Below, piece after piece: positions 19,498 to 27,959 of a DNA stretch of 60,923 bases (positions within the stretch are counted from its first letter, which is position 1; every line of letters starts with the position of its first letter). Both the position numbers and the translations under genes were made by a program. Under the pieces are notes generated by a model, which searched no databases, had not been told where the DNA came from, and saw nothing but the letters and a program-made list of their open reading frames with translations. This stretch comes from a bacterium. Lineage in GTDB: Bacteria; Sysuimicrobiota; Sysuimicrobiia; Sysuimicrobiales; Kaftiobacteriaceae. The DNA lies in the NCBI GenBank assembly GCA_044868695.1, contig JBIOWP010000072.1:1-60923 (forward strand), given 5' to 3'.

Positions 19498-21870
19498 TTA
19501 CGGTCGCCGCCGCTCGAGGTTCGCGAACCTGCTGTGCTCTTTGTGGAAGAAGAGTTCCACCATCCCGATGGGCCCGTTGCGGTGCTTGGCGATGATGATC
19601 TCCGCGAGATTCTTCTTTTCGGTCTCCGGATTATAGTAGTCCTCGCGGTAAATGAACACCACGAGATCGGCCACTTGTTCCAACTCGCCTGATTCCCTCA
19701 GATGCGACAGCAGTGGCCGCCGTGTGCCTGTGATCTCGACCGCGCGGCTGAGCTGGGAGATGGCGATCAGCGGAATGTCGAGCTCTTTCGCCAGGGATTT
19801 CAATGAGCGCGCGATTTCGGAGATCTCCTGGGTGCGGTTCTCCGTGCGCTTGTACGACTGGATCATCTGCAGGTAGTCCACCACGATCAGGCCCAACCCG
19901 TGTTCGGCTTTGAGCTTACGCGCCTTGGCGCGCATCTCGATGACGGAGATGTTGGCCGAATCGTCGATGAATACCGGCGCCTCCGACAGCCGTCCCATCG
20001 CGCGCGCCAGTTTCGGCCAGTCGGAATCCGACAGAAAGCCCGTCCGGAGCTTGCTGCCGTCGACCTCGGCCTCGGCGCACAGGAACCGCTGCACGAGCTG
20101 CTCTTTCGAGGTCTCCAGGCTGAAGATGGCGACGGGCACCTGGTGATGGATGGCCGCGTGCTGAGCGATGTTCAACGAAAAGGTCGTGTTGTGCACGCAC
20201 ACGTCGTTGGCGATGAAGTTGTGCGTCCCGGGCACGGTGAGGTCGTAGACCTGGACATCCCCGGCGTAGTCGATCGCGGTCACTGCATCCCAGAGGACGT
20301 CGGGCGGCTCCAGCAGGTGGCCCTGATCGTAGCGCGCCCACGTCCGCAGCCGCTCCCAGCCCACCATCCCGATCTCACGGAACAGCGCCCGCGCGTGCGC
20401 GCCGGTCACCGTCAGTTCGGCGGCCTGCGCGGCGGATGCCACCCCGAAGCGCAGCAGCAGGTGCTGCACCTGCCTGGCCATGCGTGCGGACGGCAACATG
20501 CAGCGGACGGCCACCTGCGGCTCGGGATGATCCTCGCCGGAGTCCACGGCCTCGACCACCCCCGCGCACGCGAGCAGGCGCGAGAGAAACAGCGCGAGCT
20601 TTTCGCGGGTCAGCATGAAGACCAGACCGGGAATGGCCCGCGCGTCCGCCGGCCCGTTCAGTAGCGGATAGCGCGCCAGCAGCACCCCAACGGCTTCGGG
20701 GACGGCGGCCCCCTGCACCGGCACCGCTCCCTCCACAGGCAGCGCCTCGGGCGCTCCCGCGCGCGGGGCCGCCGGCTTCGTCGCCGCGCGAATGGCCTCG
20801 CCGACTGCGACGGCATCGGCGTAGTCGGTCGCCAGCGCGGGAGAGGTCGGCATCCTCTCGACGCACAGATACGCCAGCAGCTTCACTTCGTACGCAGGAA
20901 GATCGGTGGTGCCGAACACGGTCAGGCGCGCGGGCACGGCGACGGCATCGCCGGCACCCAGCTCTGACAGCGGCCGCCAGCCGGTCGGGGTCAGGAAGGG
21001 GTGTGTCAGCGTCGTCTCCACCTCGCGCCCCGACGAGGTGCGCACACGGTACACGGGTTTGATCCCGTCGTCGACAAACTGCGCAGGGGCGGTCACCCGG
21101 AGCCGGCCCGACGCGTCCAGCGTCCACAGCGCGGCGGCCCGGCGGCCGACGATCTCCTGGATGGTACACACCTCGCCGGTGCGCGCATCCACAATCTCGG
21201 CGTCGTACTTGAGGCATTTGCCCATCGCCGGGCGTGCCGCGACGATGGCCAGGTCGGCCGGCTGCAGGCCGCTGGTCAGCTGGTCGAGGTCGGTGAATCC
21301 GGTCGCGACGCCGGTGACTGTGCCTTTGTCCTGGTAGCGCCGGTCGATGCGCTCGAAACTCTCTTTGAGGATCTCGCGGATGGGCAGGAACTCCTGAACG
21401 AGCCGGCGGTTGGCGATGCTGAAGACCAGCTTCTCCGCGCGGTCCACCAGGATTTCCACGTCATTCTCGCCTTCGAATCCCATGTGGGCGATTTGCGTAC
21501 CGGCGCCGATGAGCTGGCGCAGCATGGATTTCTGCAGCACGATGCGCGCGTAGAACTCGACGTTGGCGGCGGTGGGGACCGCGTTCAGCAGGGCGGTCAC
21601 GTACGCCGCGCCGCCTACGTCGTCGAGCTGGCCTTTGTCTCGGGGCCGATCGGTGACCGTGATGAGGTCCACCGGCTCGCCGCGTTCGAACAACTCCACC
21701 ATCGTGTCATACACGCGCCGGTGGGCGTCGCGGTAAAAGTCCTCGGACCGTATGAGCTCCACGACGCGGGCGATCGCGTCGCGGTCCAGCAGCATCGAGC
21801 CGAGGACTCCCTGCTCGGCTTCCAGGTTCTGGGGCGGGACCCGCTCGATGGAGGTCGTCGAGATGGACAT
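19498..21870 (-). CDS. dnaB: Replicative DNA helicase DnaB, interrupted by an intein
   Basis: PPQNLEAEQGVLG, TGFTDLD, AARPAMGK|intein|TTFSLNIA, FSLE, VVDYLQ, SQLSR, LRESG, KHRNGP. Confidence 0.97.
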   Translation of the reverse strand: MSISTTSIERVPPQNLEAEQGVLGSMLLDRDAIARVVELIRSEDFYRDAHRRVYDTMVELFERGEPVDLITVTDRPRDKGQLDDVGGAAYVTALLNAVPTAANVEFYARIVLQKSMLRQLIGAGTQIAHMGFEGENDVEILVDRAEKLVFSIANRRLVQEFLPIREILKESFERIDRRYQDKGTVTGVATGFTDLDQLTSGLQPADLAIVAARPAMGKCLKYDAEIVDARTGEVCTIQEIVGRRAAALWTLDASGRLRVTAPAQFVDDGIKPVYRVRTSSGREVETTLTHPFLTPTGWRPLSELGAGDAVAVPARLTVFGTTDLPAYEVKLLAYLCVERMPTSPALATDYADAVAVGEAIRAATKPAAPRAGAPEALPVEGAVPVQGAAVPEAVGVLLARYPLLNGPADARAIPGLVFMLTREKLALFLSRLLACAGVVEAVDSGEDHPEPQVAVRCMLPSARMARQVQHLLLRFGVASAAQAAELTVTGAHARALFREIGMVGWERLRTWARYDQGHLLEPPDVLWDAVTAIDYAGDVQVYDLTVPGTHNFIANDVCVHNTTFSLNIAQHAAIHHQVPVAIFSLETSKEQLVQRFLCAEAEVDGSKLRTGFLSDSDWPKLARAMGRLSEAPVFIDDSANISVIEMRAKARKLKAEHGLGLIVVDYLQMIQSYKRTENRTQEISEIARSLKSLAKELDIPLIAISQLSRAVEITGTRRPLLSHLRESGELEQVADLVVFIYREDYYNPETEKKNLAEIIIAKHRNGPIGMVELFFHKEHSRFANLERRRP
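20188..21216 (-). mobile_element. 343-aa intein in the DnaB Walker A loop, with a degenerate LAGLIDADG region
   Basis: Starts CLKYDAEI after GK; block B TLTHPF; block F VYDLTV; ends NFIANDVCVHN, followed by Thr(+1). Removing it restores ARPAMGKT. Confidence 0.95.
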
Positions 21871-21874
21871 GAAT

Positions 21875-21929
21875 CGAACCTCAGTTCGGTGTGTTGCCTA
21901 TCGTACGCGAACAAATGTACGGCTGTCAA
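21875..21929 (-). promoter_or_regulatory. dnaB promoter with two LexA (SOS) boxes
   Basis: TTGACA(21929-21924)-N18-TACGAT(21905-21900). CGAACAAATGTACG at 21908-21921 lies in the spacer; a perfect CGAAC-CTCA-GTTCG is at 21875-21888. Confidence 0.75.
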
Positions 21930-21977
21930 GCGCCAGCCGGCGGGCAGTTTGACTCCTCCTACTGTTGGCAGAGCGCC

Positions 21978-22060
21978 TGTGAGTTACCTTGTGGGCAGAA
22001 GGCCACTTTCCGTGGATAGAACCCGAAAATTGCTGTGGACAACCTGGGGAAACGGGATAA
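21978..22060. promoter_or_regulatory. Cluster of co-oriented DnaA-box-like 9-mers upstream of dnaB
   Basis: Against TGTGGATAA: TGTGGACAA 22034-22042 (1 mismatch), CGTGGATAG 22011-22019 (2), and TGTGAGTTA 21978, TGTGGGCAG 21990, TGGGGAAAC 22045 (3 each). Confidence 0.55.
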
Positions 22061-22069
22061 GAACGCGGA

Positions 22070-23989
22070 TCAGCGCCTGCGGGACCGCGGGCGCGCCATG
22101 ACGTGCGCCAGGACGTCCTCCACGGCCGAGGCAAAGACGATCTCGGTCCCCTTGATGTCGGCGGGGAGGTCGGCCCGGTTCTCGCTGGGAAGGATCACCT
22201 TACGCATGCCGGCCTGGCGGGCTCCGTAGATCTTCTCTGGAATCCCTCCCACTTGCTTGATCTTCCCCTGGATCGACACTTCGCCGGTGACGGCCACATC
22301 CTGGCGCAGCGGCCGCCGCTGCACCGCGCTCAGCATCGCCAGGACCACGGCGAGGCCGGCGCTGGGCCCGTCAATCTGTCCCCCGCCAATGACGTTCACG
22401 TGGATGTCGTAGTTGCCGACATCGATGCCGGCCACCTTGCGGATCACCGACGCGGCGTTGAACACCGAGTCCTTCGCCATCGTGCCCGCGGTCTCGTTGA
22501 ACCGGATGGTCCCCCGCGCGCGTTTGCCGGCGGGGAACGCCGTCGCCTCGATCTCGATGACCGAGCCGACGTACTGGGTGACGCCGAGCGCGAACATCTT
22601 GCCGATTTCCGCGGTCTTGGAGGCCTTCACCGGCGTGCTGGCGGCCAGCCGGCCTGCGCGCACGACCTCATAGAGGTCGTTGACGGTGATGCGCGGCCGC
22701 CCGCGGCCGCGGCGGCGGTACAGGGCCACTCCGTAGGCATCGGCCAGCATATTGACCGCGCGGCGGCCTTCGACGGTGTAGTCGCTGGTGATCCGCGGCA
22801 CCTCGGTGTTCACCTCGACGCTCAGGCGGCGCGAGGCCTGCCGCACGATCCGCTGGATGTCCTCCTGCGAGAGCGGGTCGAAGAACACCTCCGCGCAGCG
22901 CGAGCGAAGCGTCGGGCTGATCTCTTCCGGCTCCTTGGTCGTGGCGCCGATCAGAATGAAGTCGGCCGGCGCGCCTGCTTCGAAAAGTTTCTTGACGTAC
23001 GCCGGCACGCCGGGGCTGTCGCGGTCGTAATAGGAGGACTCGAAGTACACGCGCTTGTCCTCCAGGACCTTCAGCAGCTTAGCCTGCAGGACCGCATCCA
23101 GCTCGCCGATCTCGTCCACGAACAGCACCCCGCCGTGCGCCCGGGTCACCAGTCCGAGTTTGGGCTCAGGAATCCCCTGGTCGGCGAACTCGCGGCGGCT
23201 CCCCTGGTAGATGGGGTCGTGCACCGATCCCAGGAGGGGGTTAGTTGCCTCGCGCGCATCCCACCGCAGCGTGGATCCGTCCACCTCGATAAACGGGGCG
23301 TCCTTGCTGAACGGGCTGCTGGGTAGCTTCTTCGCTTCTTCTAGGACGAGGCGTGCGACGGTCGTCTTCCCGACGCCCGGCGGTCCGTAGAGGATGGCGT
23401 GCTGCGGCACCGGCACCGCAAGCTTCGCCAGCAGCGACCGGATCGCGCGGTCCTGGCCCACGACGTGCGTCAGCTTGCGCGGGCGCAGCGCATCCAGCGC
23501 CGTACGCGCGACACGGACGCGTTCGAGCTGCTCCAATTCATCGAGCTTGCGACGCGTGGCTTCCGTTTCCGGCCCACCGGTCTCCTGGAGCACCTGTTTG
23601 CGCAGGTCCCGCACATACTCATCCTGCCGCTCACGCATGCGGTCGGCGACGCGCCGCTCCAGCTCATCTTCGACGGTCTTCCGCGCCATGAGGTCGGCGA
23701 TGCGCTCCTGCAGATCGTCCAGGATCGCCGGGATCTCCGCTTCCTTCGGCGCGGCGGACAGCGCGGCGTCCTCGTACACCAGCCGCTGCAGGGCCAGCAC
23801 CCGGCGGCCCAACTGGCGGCTGTTCATCAGGACCTTCGCGCCGACTTTGTCCGCGCGCCGCGCGAGTCGCTCCGCTCCGAGCAGGCTGCCCAGCACGCCG
23901 AACAGCGCGGCCGCCTTGCGTTTGAGCGACTCGCGGCCGCTGAGCTTCCCGGTGGGATTGACCTGCCTGACCGTCCGGATCTGCCGCAT
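22070..23989 (-). CDS. lonC: Lon-family ATP-dependent protease, LonC type
   Basis: GPPGVGKT, NPLLGSVHDPIYQG, PEPKLGLVTRAHGGVLFVDEIGELD, catalytic DGPSAG and GGIPEK. Sits between rplI and dnaB as in Clostridia. Confidence 0.88.
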   Translation of the reverse strand: MRQIRTVRQVNPTGKLSGRESLKRKAAALFGVLGSLLGAERLARRADKVGAKVLMNSRQLGRRVLALQRLVYEDAALSAAPKEAEIPAILDDLQERIADLMARKTVEDELERRVADRMRERQDEYVRDLRKQVLQETGGPETEATRRKLDELEQLERVRVARTALDALRPRKLTHVVGQDRAIRSLLAKLAVPVPQHAILYGPPGVGKTTVARLVLEEAKKLPSSPFSKDAPFIEVDGSTLRWDAREATNPLLGSVHDPIYQGSRREFADQGIPEPKLGLVTRAHGGVLFVDEIGELDAVLQAKLLKVLEDKRVYFESSYYDRDSPGVPAYVKKLFEAGAPADFILIGATTKEPEEISPTLRSRCAEVFFDPLSQEDIQRIVRQASRRLSVEVNTEVPRITSDYTVEGRRAVNMLADAYGVALYRRRGRGRPRITVNDLYEVVRAGRLAASTPVKASKTAEIGKMFALGVTQYVGSVIEIEATAFPAGKRARGTIRFNETAGTMAKDSVFNAASVIRKVAGIDVGNYDIHVNVIGGGQIDGPSAGLAVVLAMLSAVQRRPLRQDVAVTGEVSIQGKIKQVGGIPEKIYGARQAGMRKVILPSENRADLPADIKGTEIVFASAVEDVLAHVMARPRSRRR

Positions 23990-23992
23990 GGG

Positions 23993-24439
23993 CTAGGAGG
24001 CCGCCACCACGTTGAGGTCGACGTGCGCGACGACGCCCCCCCCGACGCGCACCGGCACCTTGTAGAATCCGGCGGCCTTGATCGGTTCCACCAGCTCGAC
24101 CTGCTTCTTGTCAATCGCAAAGCCGCGCGCGGCCAGCGCCTGCGCGACGTCGGCGGCCGTGACCGACCCGAAAAGCCGCCCGCCCTCACCGCTTTTTGCC
24201 CGCAGCTCGATCACCGCCTGTTCCAGCGCAGCCGCCAGCGTCCGCGTGTCCTCCTGCCGGCGCCGGGTGCGCTGCTCGACGGCCTGCTGCTGCTGCTGCA
24301 TCGCCTGGATGCTGCGCGCCGTCGCTGCCACGGCCAGCCCGCGCGGGAGGAGGTAGTTGCGCGCGTATCCGTCCTTGACGTCTTTCACCGCGCCGGCGGC
24401 GCCGAGTCCCTGGACGTCTTTGGTCAGAATGACTTTCAT
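23993..24439 (-). CDS. rplI: 50S ribosomal protein L9
   Basis: MKVILTKDVQGLG...VKDGYARNYLLPRGLA, GRLFGSVT. Confidence 0.96.
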   Translation of the reverse strand: MKVILTKDVQGLGAAGAVKDVKDGYARNYLLPRGLAVAATARSIQAMQQQQQAVEQRTRRRQEDTRTLAAALEQAVIELRAKSGEGGRLFGSVTAADVAQALAARGFAIDKKQVELVEPIKAAGFYKVPVRVGGGVVAHVDLNVVAAS

Positions 24440-25413
24440 GACGCCGCCAGGTTCGCCGCGGGACGCCAGCGGCGGCGCAGATCGAACGCGGCATCGGCCA
24501 GACCGAGGAAGAACACGACGACCCCCGTCGGCCCACTCAAGAAGAGCAGCAGGACGACCACGCGGTACCACTTCGGCATCCGGTATTTCTCCATCAGGAC
24601 CCATCCGGCGAGCATGCCCTGGCTGAGCAGCGCCATCGTCACAAAGAACGCCAGGTTGACCCCGACCGCTTCCACGGCGGGCATGCGCTGGGCCCCGACG
24701 ATGGCCAGGAGCGACCCCAGCGGCAGGGCCCACAGCGCGGCCGCGGGCAGTCCCCACATCGACACCGGCGGCAGCGCCGGGGCGCGGATGCCGATCCGCC
24801 GCAGCACCGCCCGTGCGATCTCGTAGTTCAGATACGCGTTGGTGAGGCTGCCCAGCACCAGCAGCAGCGGGATGAGCCGGACCGAGTAGTCCAGGAAGTC
24901 GCGCATCATCTGGACCGTCGTCTCGATGCGCGCGGTATCGATGCCCAGCCGCGCGTACCGGGCCACGACGTCATCGAGGCTGCTCTTGTTGAGTTCGATG
25001 ACCTCGCGCATGGTCACGCGCGGATCCACCCCGATCCCCGCCGACGCCGTGACGCCGCCGACGATCAGGGACAGCAGTGCTACCGCGCCGGTGAGGACCA
25101 CAATCGTCGCCGCGGGCATCTGCCGGCGCAGGCCGACCCCGATCGCCACGCCGGTCGGCGCGAACCCCATGGCGATCAGCAGCCCGGTGACCGGCCCGCT
25201 GATAATGCTGCCCAGCGCCGTCGCCACGAGCCCCGCGAGCAGCGCCACCCGCGCCCCATGGCGGATCACCAGGACCGTGAGCGGGATCGGGCAGAGGAAA
25301 GATGCGACGAGCCCCAGCAGCGGCAGGTAGCGGGCCGCGAACGCGAGGAGGGCCACGAGGGCGGCCAGCACCGCGCCTTCAGTGAGTCCGCGAACGGGCA
25401 AGGACCGTGCCAT
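24436..25413 (-). CDS. YybS/DUF2232 family membrane protein
   Basis: RGLTEGAVLAAL, PIPL, terminal GLADAAFDLR; conserved position between rpsR and rplI. Confidence 0.82.
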   Translation of the reverse strand: MARSLPVRGLTEGAVLAALVALLAFAARYLPLLGLVASFLCPIPLTVLVIRHGARVALLAGLVATALGSIISGPVTGLLIAMGFAPTGVAIGVGLRRQMPAATIVVLTGAVALLSLIVGGVTASAGIGVDPRVTMREVIELNKSSLDDVVARYARLGIDTARIETTVQMMRDFLDYSVRLIPLLLVLGSLTNAYLNYEIARAVLRRIGIRAPALPPVSMWGLPAAALWALPLGSLLAIVGAQRMPAVEAVGVNLAFFVTMALLSQGMLAGWVLMEKYRMPKWYRVVVLLLFLSGPTGVVVFFLGLADAAFDLRRRWRPAANLAAS

Positions 25414-25444
25414 CGGCGGCACCTGTAACGGCGACGGTGGGACG

Positions 25445-25708
25445 TTATTCAGAGGTATACGGCAACAGCGCGAGTTCGCGCGCGCGCTTGATCGCGGTGG
25501 CCAGCACGCGCTGGTGCCGCGCGCAGTTTCCCGAGACGCGGCGGGGGAGAATCTTGCCGCGTTCTGTGACGAACCGGCGCAGCTTGTTGATGTCCTTGTA
25601 GTCGATTTCGATGGCCTTCTCGCTGCAGAACGTACAGTTCCTGCGCTTGGGCCGCCGCCCACCGCGCCATTCCCGCTTCCCCTGGGATCGCCCTCGACCT
25701 TCGGCCAT
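25445..25708 (-). CDS. rpsR: 30S ribosomal protein S18 (Zn-binding C+ form)
   Basis: [44 protein letters not shown]. Confidence 0.97.
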   Translation of the reverse strand: MAEGRGRSQGKREWRGGRRPKRRNCTFCSEKAIEIDYKDINKLRRFVTERGKILPRRVSGNCARHQRVLATAIKRARELALLPYTSE

Positions 25709-25739
25709 CGTCTATCCTCTCAGAGACATCGTACTCGGA

Positions 25740-26159
25740 TCAGAACGGAACATCGTCTTGCTCGGGCGTTTCCGCGGTCTCGGGCTCCGGCGCACCCGCA
25801 GCCGGCTCCGCCGCCCCTGTGCCTGCCGCTCCCGGCGCCGTCTTGCGATCGAGGAACCGCACGCCGTCGGCGACGACTTCGGCAACCTTGCGCTTCTGAC
25901 CATCCTGCGTTTCGTATGACCGGATCTGCAGCCGGCCTTCCACGGCCACCAACCGGCCCTTGCTGAGATGCTGGGTCACCTGCTCGGCGAGCCGGCGCCA
26001 CGCGACGATGTCGATGAAGTCGGTCCCGCGCTCGCCCTGCTGGTTGACGAACGGACGGTCCACGGCGAGCGTGAAGCTGCTGACCGGCTGCCCGCTGGGG
26101 ACATAGCGCAGCTCGGGATCCCTCGTCAGCCGTCCGATCAAAATGATCCGGTTGAGCAC
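25740..26159 (-). CDS. ssb: Single-stranded DNA-binding protein
   Basis: LNRIILIGRLTRDPELRY, KGRLVAVEGRLQIRSY, acidic tip DDVPF. Confidence 0.97.
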   Translation of the reverse strand: MLNRIILIGRLTRDPELRYVPSGQPVSSFTLAVDRPFVNQQGERGTDFIDIVAWRRLAEQVTQHLSKGRLVAVEGRLQIRSYETQDGQKRKVAEVVADGVRFLDRKTAPGAAGTGAAEPAAGAPEPETAETPEQDDVPF

Positions 26160-26165
26160 GAGCCG

Positions 26166-26579
26166 TTACGCCTCCGCCGGGGCATCGGCCGGCGGCGCAG
26201 CCGGCGCGACAGGGACCGCGGGCGCCGCGGGCGCGACAGGAACCGCGGGCGCCGCGGGCGCAGGCGCCGGGGCAGCGGCCGGTTCAGGCAGCTTGCCGAC
26301 GGCGTTGGTGATGGTCACCCGCAGCACTTCCTCGGTCAGCGCGGTCTGGTGCCGGATGTCCTCCACCTTTTTCGGGTCGAGGCCGAACCGGGTGTGCACA
26401 AACACCCCTTCCCTCGAACGGCCGACGACATAGGTCATCCGGCGTTTGCCCCAGACGTTGACGGCCTCCACCTGGCCGCCCTGATCCTTGATGCGCTGGG
26501 CCACGCGGTCTGCGACAGCTTTCAGGGCGTCCGGCTCCAGATCAGGCCGGACGATGTACACGAGATCGTAGTTCTTCAC
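26166..26579 (-). CDS. rpsF: 30S ribosomal protein S6 with a Pro/Ala-rich tail
   Basis: KNYDLVYIVRPDL, WGKRRMTY, EEVLR; SD GGAGG before GTG 26579. Confidence 0.92.
   Translation of the reverse strand: MKNYDLVYIVRPDLEPDALKAVADRVAQRIKDQGGQVEAVNVWGKRRMTYVVGRSREGVFVHTRFGLDPKKVEDIRHQTALTEEVLRVTITNAVGKLPEPAAAPAPAPAAPAVPVAPAAPAVPVAPAAPPADAPAEA
26203..26256 (-). repeat. 27-bp tandem duplication in the rpsF tail (encodes AAPAVPVAP twice)
   Basis: GGCGCGACAGGRACCGCGGGCGCCGCG twice, one mismatch. Confidence 0.8.
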
Positions 26580-26648
26580 CGGACGCCTCCAGAAGCCACG
26601 GCGAACAAAATCCCGCGGGACGCCCCCACGGGCCAGCCGATTATAGCA
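26580..26648 (-). promoter_or_regulatory. rpsF operon promoter (extended -10) and possible S6:S18-binding leader
   Basis: TGCTATAAT at 26648-26640; leader hairpin CCCGTGGG-GGCGT-CCCGCGGG ahead of the SD. Confidence 0.5.
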
Positions 26649-26706
26649 CCAAACGGAGCGGCAGGGGAATAGGCCCCACAGACGCGGCACACACGACAAA
26701 AGCGGA

Positions 26707-26739
26707 AGGGACTGCCGGGATCGACCCCCGGCAGTCCCT
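26707..26739 (-). terminator. Intrinsic terminator after the COAP-like gene
   Basis: 13-bp stem AGGGACTGCCGGG/CCCGGCAGTCCCT followed by TCCGCTTTTG on the minus strand. Confidence 0.65.
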
Positions 26740-26754
26740 CGAAACACCCGGGTG

Positions 26755-27765
26755 CTAGCGGCAGGGGTTGTGGAGTTGCAGATTCCCACCCTCCAGCATT
26801 CCCGACGCCACGTACCCCGAACTGAGCCGCAGCGCGAAGGTGTCCATCCGGCCGGGCTCGCCATTGTCCGCGACGTCAGCCGAGTAGGTGTATCCAGGCT
26901 GGCCGTTGAGTTCCGCCGTCCCCTCGATCCGGCGCGCGGTTCCGCCGAGGCTCGCGTAGGCCGTCACGCTCGTCCCCTTCACTTTCAGACCGGCCGGCCC
27001 GTGGTCGATGTACATCAGGTGACCCCAGCCGGGCTGCTTGCCCCCGGCGACCGCGAAGTTCGCCCTGGCTCCGGACGGCCCCATGATCCACCCGCCGCCC
27101 GTGACAAACTCGCTGGAGGCATCGCAGATCTTCAGGCCGCAACTGATGTCGGCGTGGGCGGAGGCGACGACAATGTCGGCGATCCCCGTGACCACAATGT
27201 GCAGCGCGTTCACCGTGATCTCACCGGTCCTGCCGCTCGTGCCGCCCGCCTGCTCGTTGATCACGACCCGCCCGTTTGGCAGATCCACGGTCTGATTTGG
27301 CGGGCCGGCGATGATTACGGGCAACCCGTTGATCGCCAGGTTGACGATCTGCGACTGCCCGCTGACCGTTGGACCCTGATCGCCGCAAGTCGCCGTCGCC
27401 TCGGAGGACAGGAAATCGGCCGACAGGGTGTTGCCGCCGAGCGTCAGAGAGACGTTGGCGACAGAGGCTTCGGACCGCGCCCGGTCGCCCTGACCAACCG
27501 TGGAGGCGTGCAGGACCTCAGCCGACAGGCCTCCGGCATCTACCGCGAGAAGCGATGCCTCTCGCGATCCCCCCGACTCCGGCAGGGGGCCGGTATCCGA
27601 GAGCGCGGTGGTCAAACCGAGCACCGTCGCGCGCACGGCGATGGCCCGGCCACTGAACGTGGTGCCATCTGTTGCCTGCACCTCACGAGGAGCGGGCCAC
27701 AGCAGCAGACTGAGCACCACCACAATGCTTACTGCAGTCCAGCGACGAGATGTACCCTGCACCAT
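26755..27765 (-). CDS. Secreted beta-rich protein (choice-of-anchor P plus post-COAP-1-like domain)
   Basis: Signal peptide ending EVQA; FSGRAIAVRA, SDTGPLP, VINEQ, ITVNALHI; second domain FVTGGGWI...DNGEPG...GGNLQLH. Confidence 0.65.
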   Translation of the reverse strand: MVQGTSRRWTAVSIVVVLSLLLWPAPREVQATDGTTFSGRAIAVRATVLGLTTALSDTGPLPESGGSREASLLAVDAGGLSAEVLHASTVGQGDRARSEASVANVSLTLGGNTLSADFLSSEATATCGDQGPTVSGQSQIVNLAINGLPVIIAGPPNQTVDLPNGRVVINEQAGGTSGRTGEITVNALHIVVTGIADIVVASAHADISCGLKICDASSEFVTGGGWIMGPSGARANFAVAGGKQPGWGHLMYIDHGPAGLKVKGTSVTAYASLGGTARRIEGTAELNGQPGYTYSADVADNGEPGRMDTFALRLSSGYVASGMLEGGNLQLHNPCR

Positions 27766-27852
27766 AACGACGCCCCCTTTCATCAGGCGTGTATTTGGGC
27801 AGAGGCCTCTGCTCACGCTCTAGATAACACTGCCTGAGGCGGCGGGTCATCG

Positions 27853-27904
27853 CCAGGAATACTCATGCAGGGAATCCCCCGCCCCGAATGCAGGGAAATC
27901 CCCG
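27853..27904 (-). promoter_or_regulatory. Tandem operator-like repeats upstream of the COAP-like gene
   Basis: ATGCAGGGAATCCCCCG (27865) and ATGCAGGGAAATCCCCG (27888), 23-bp period, plus degenerate CCAGGAATACTC (27853). Confidence 0.55.
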
Positions 27905-27959
27905 TCACACGAACGTTTGCCTGCGGATCTTGCAGCGAACTTGCGGAAGGAGCGGGAGA

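Noticed and set aside
21930..22069. Chromosomal origin oriC
   Set aside because: Short region, mostly weak boxes, no clear AT-rich unwinding element or DnaA-trio run and no dnaA/dnaN nearby; kept only as a DnaA-box cluster
27910..27923. SOS box CGAACGTTTGCCTG near the COAP-like gene
   Set aside because: Only one good half-site; the right half does not match GT[TAC]CG
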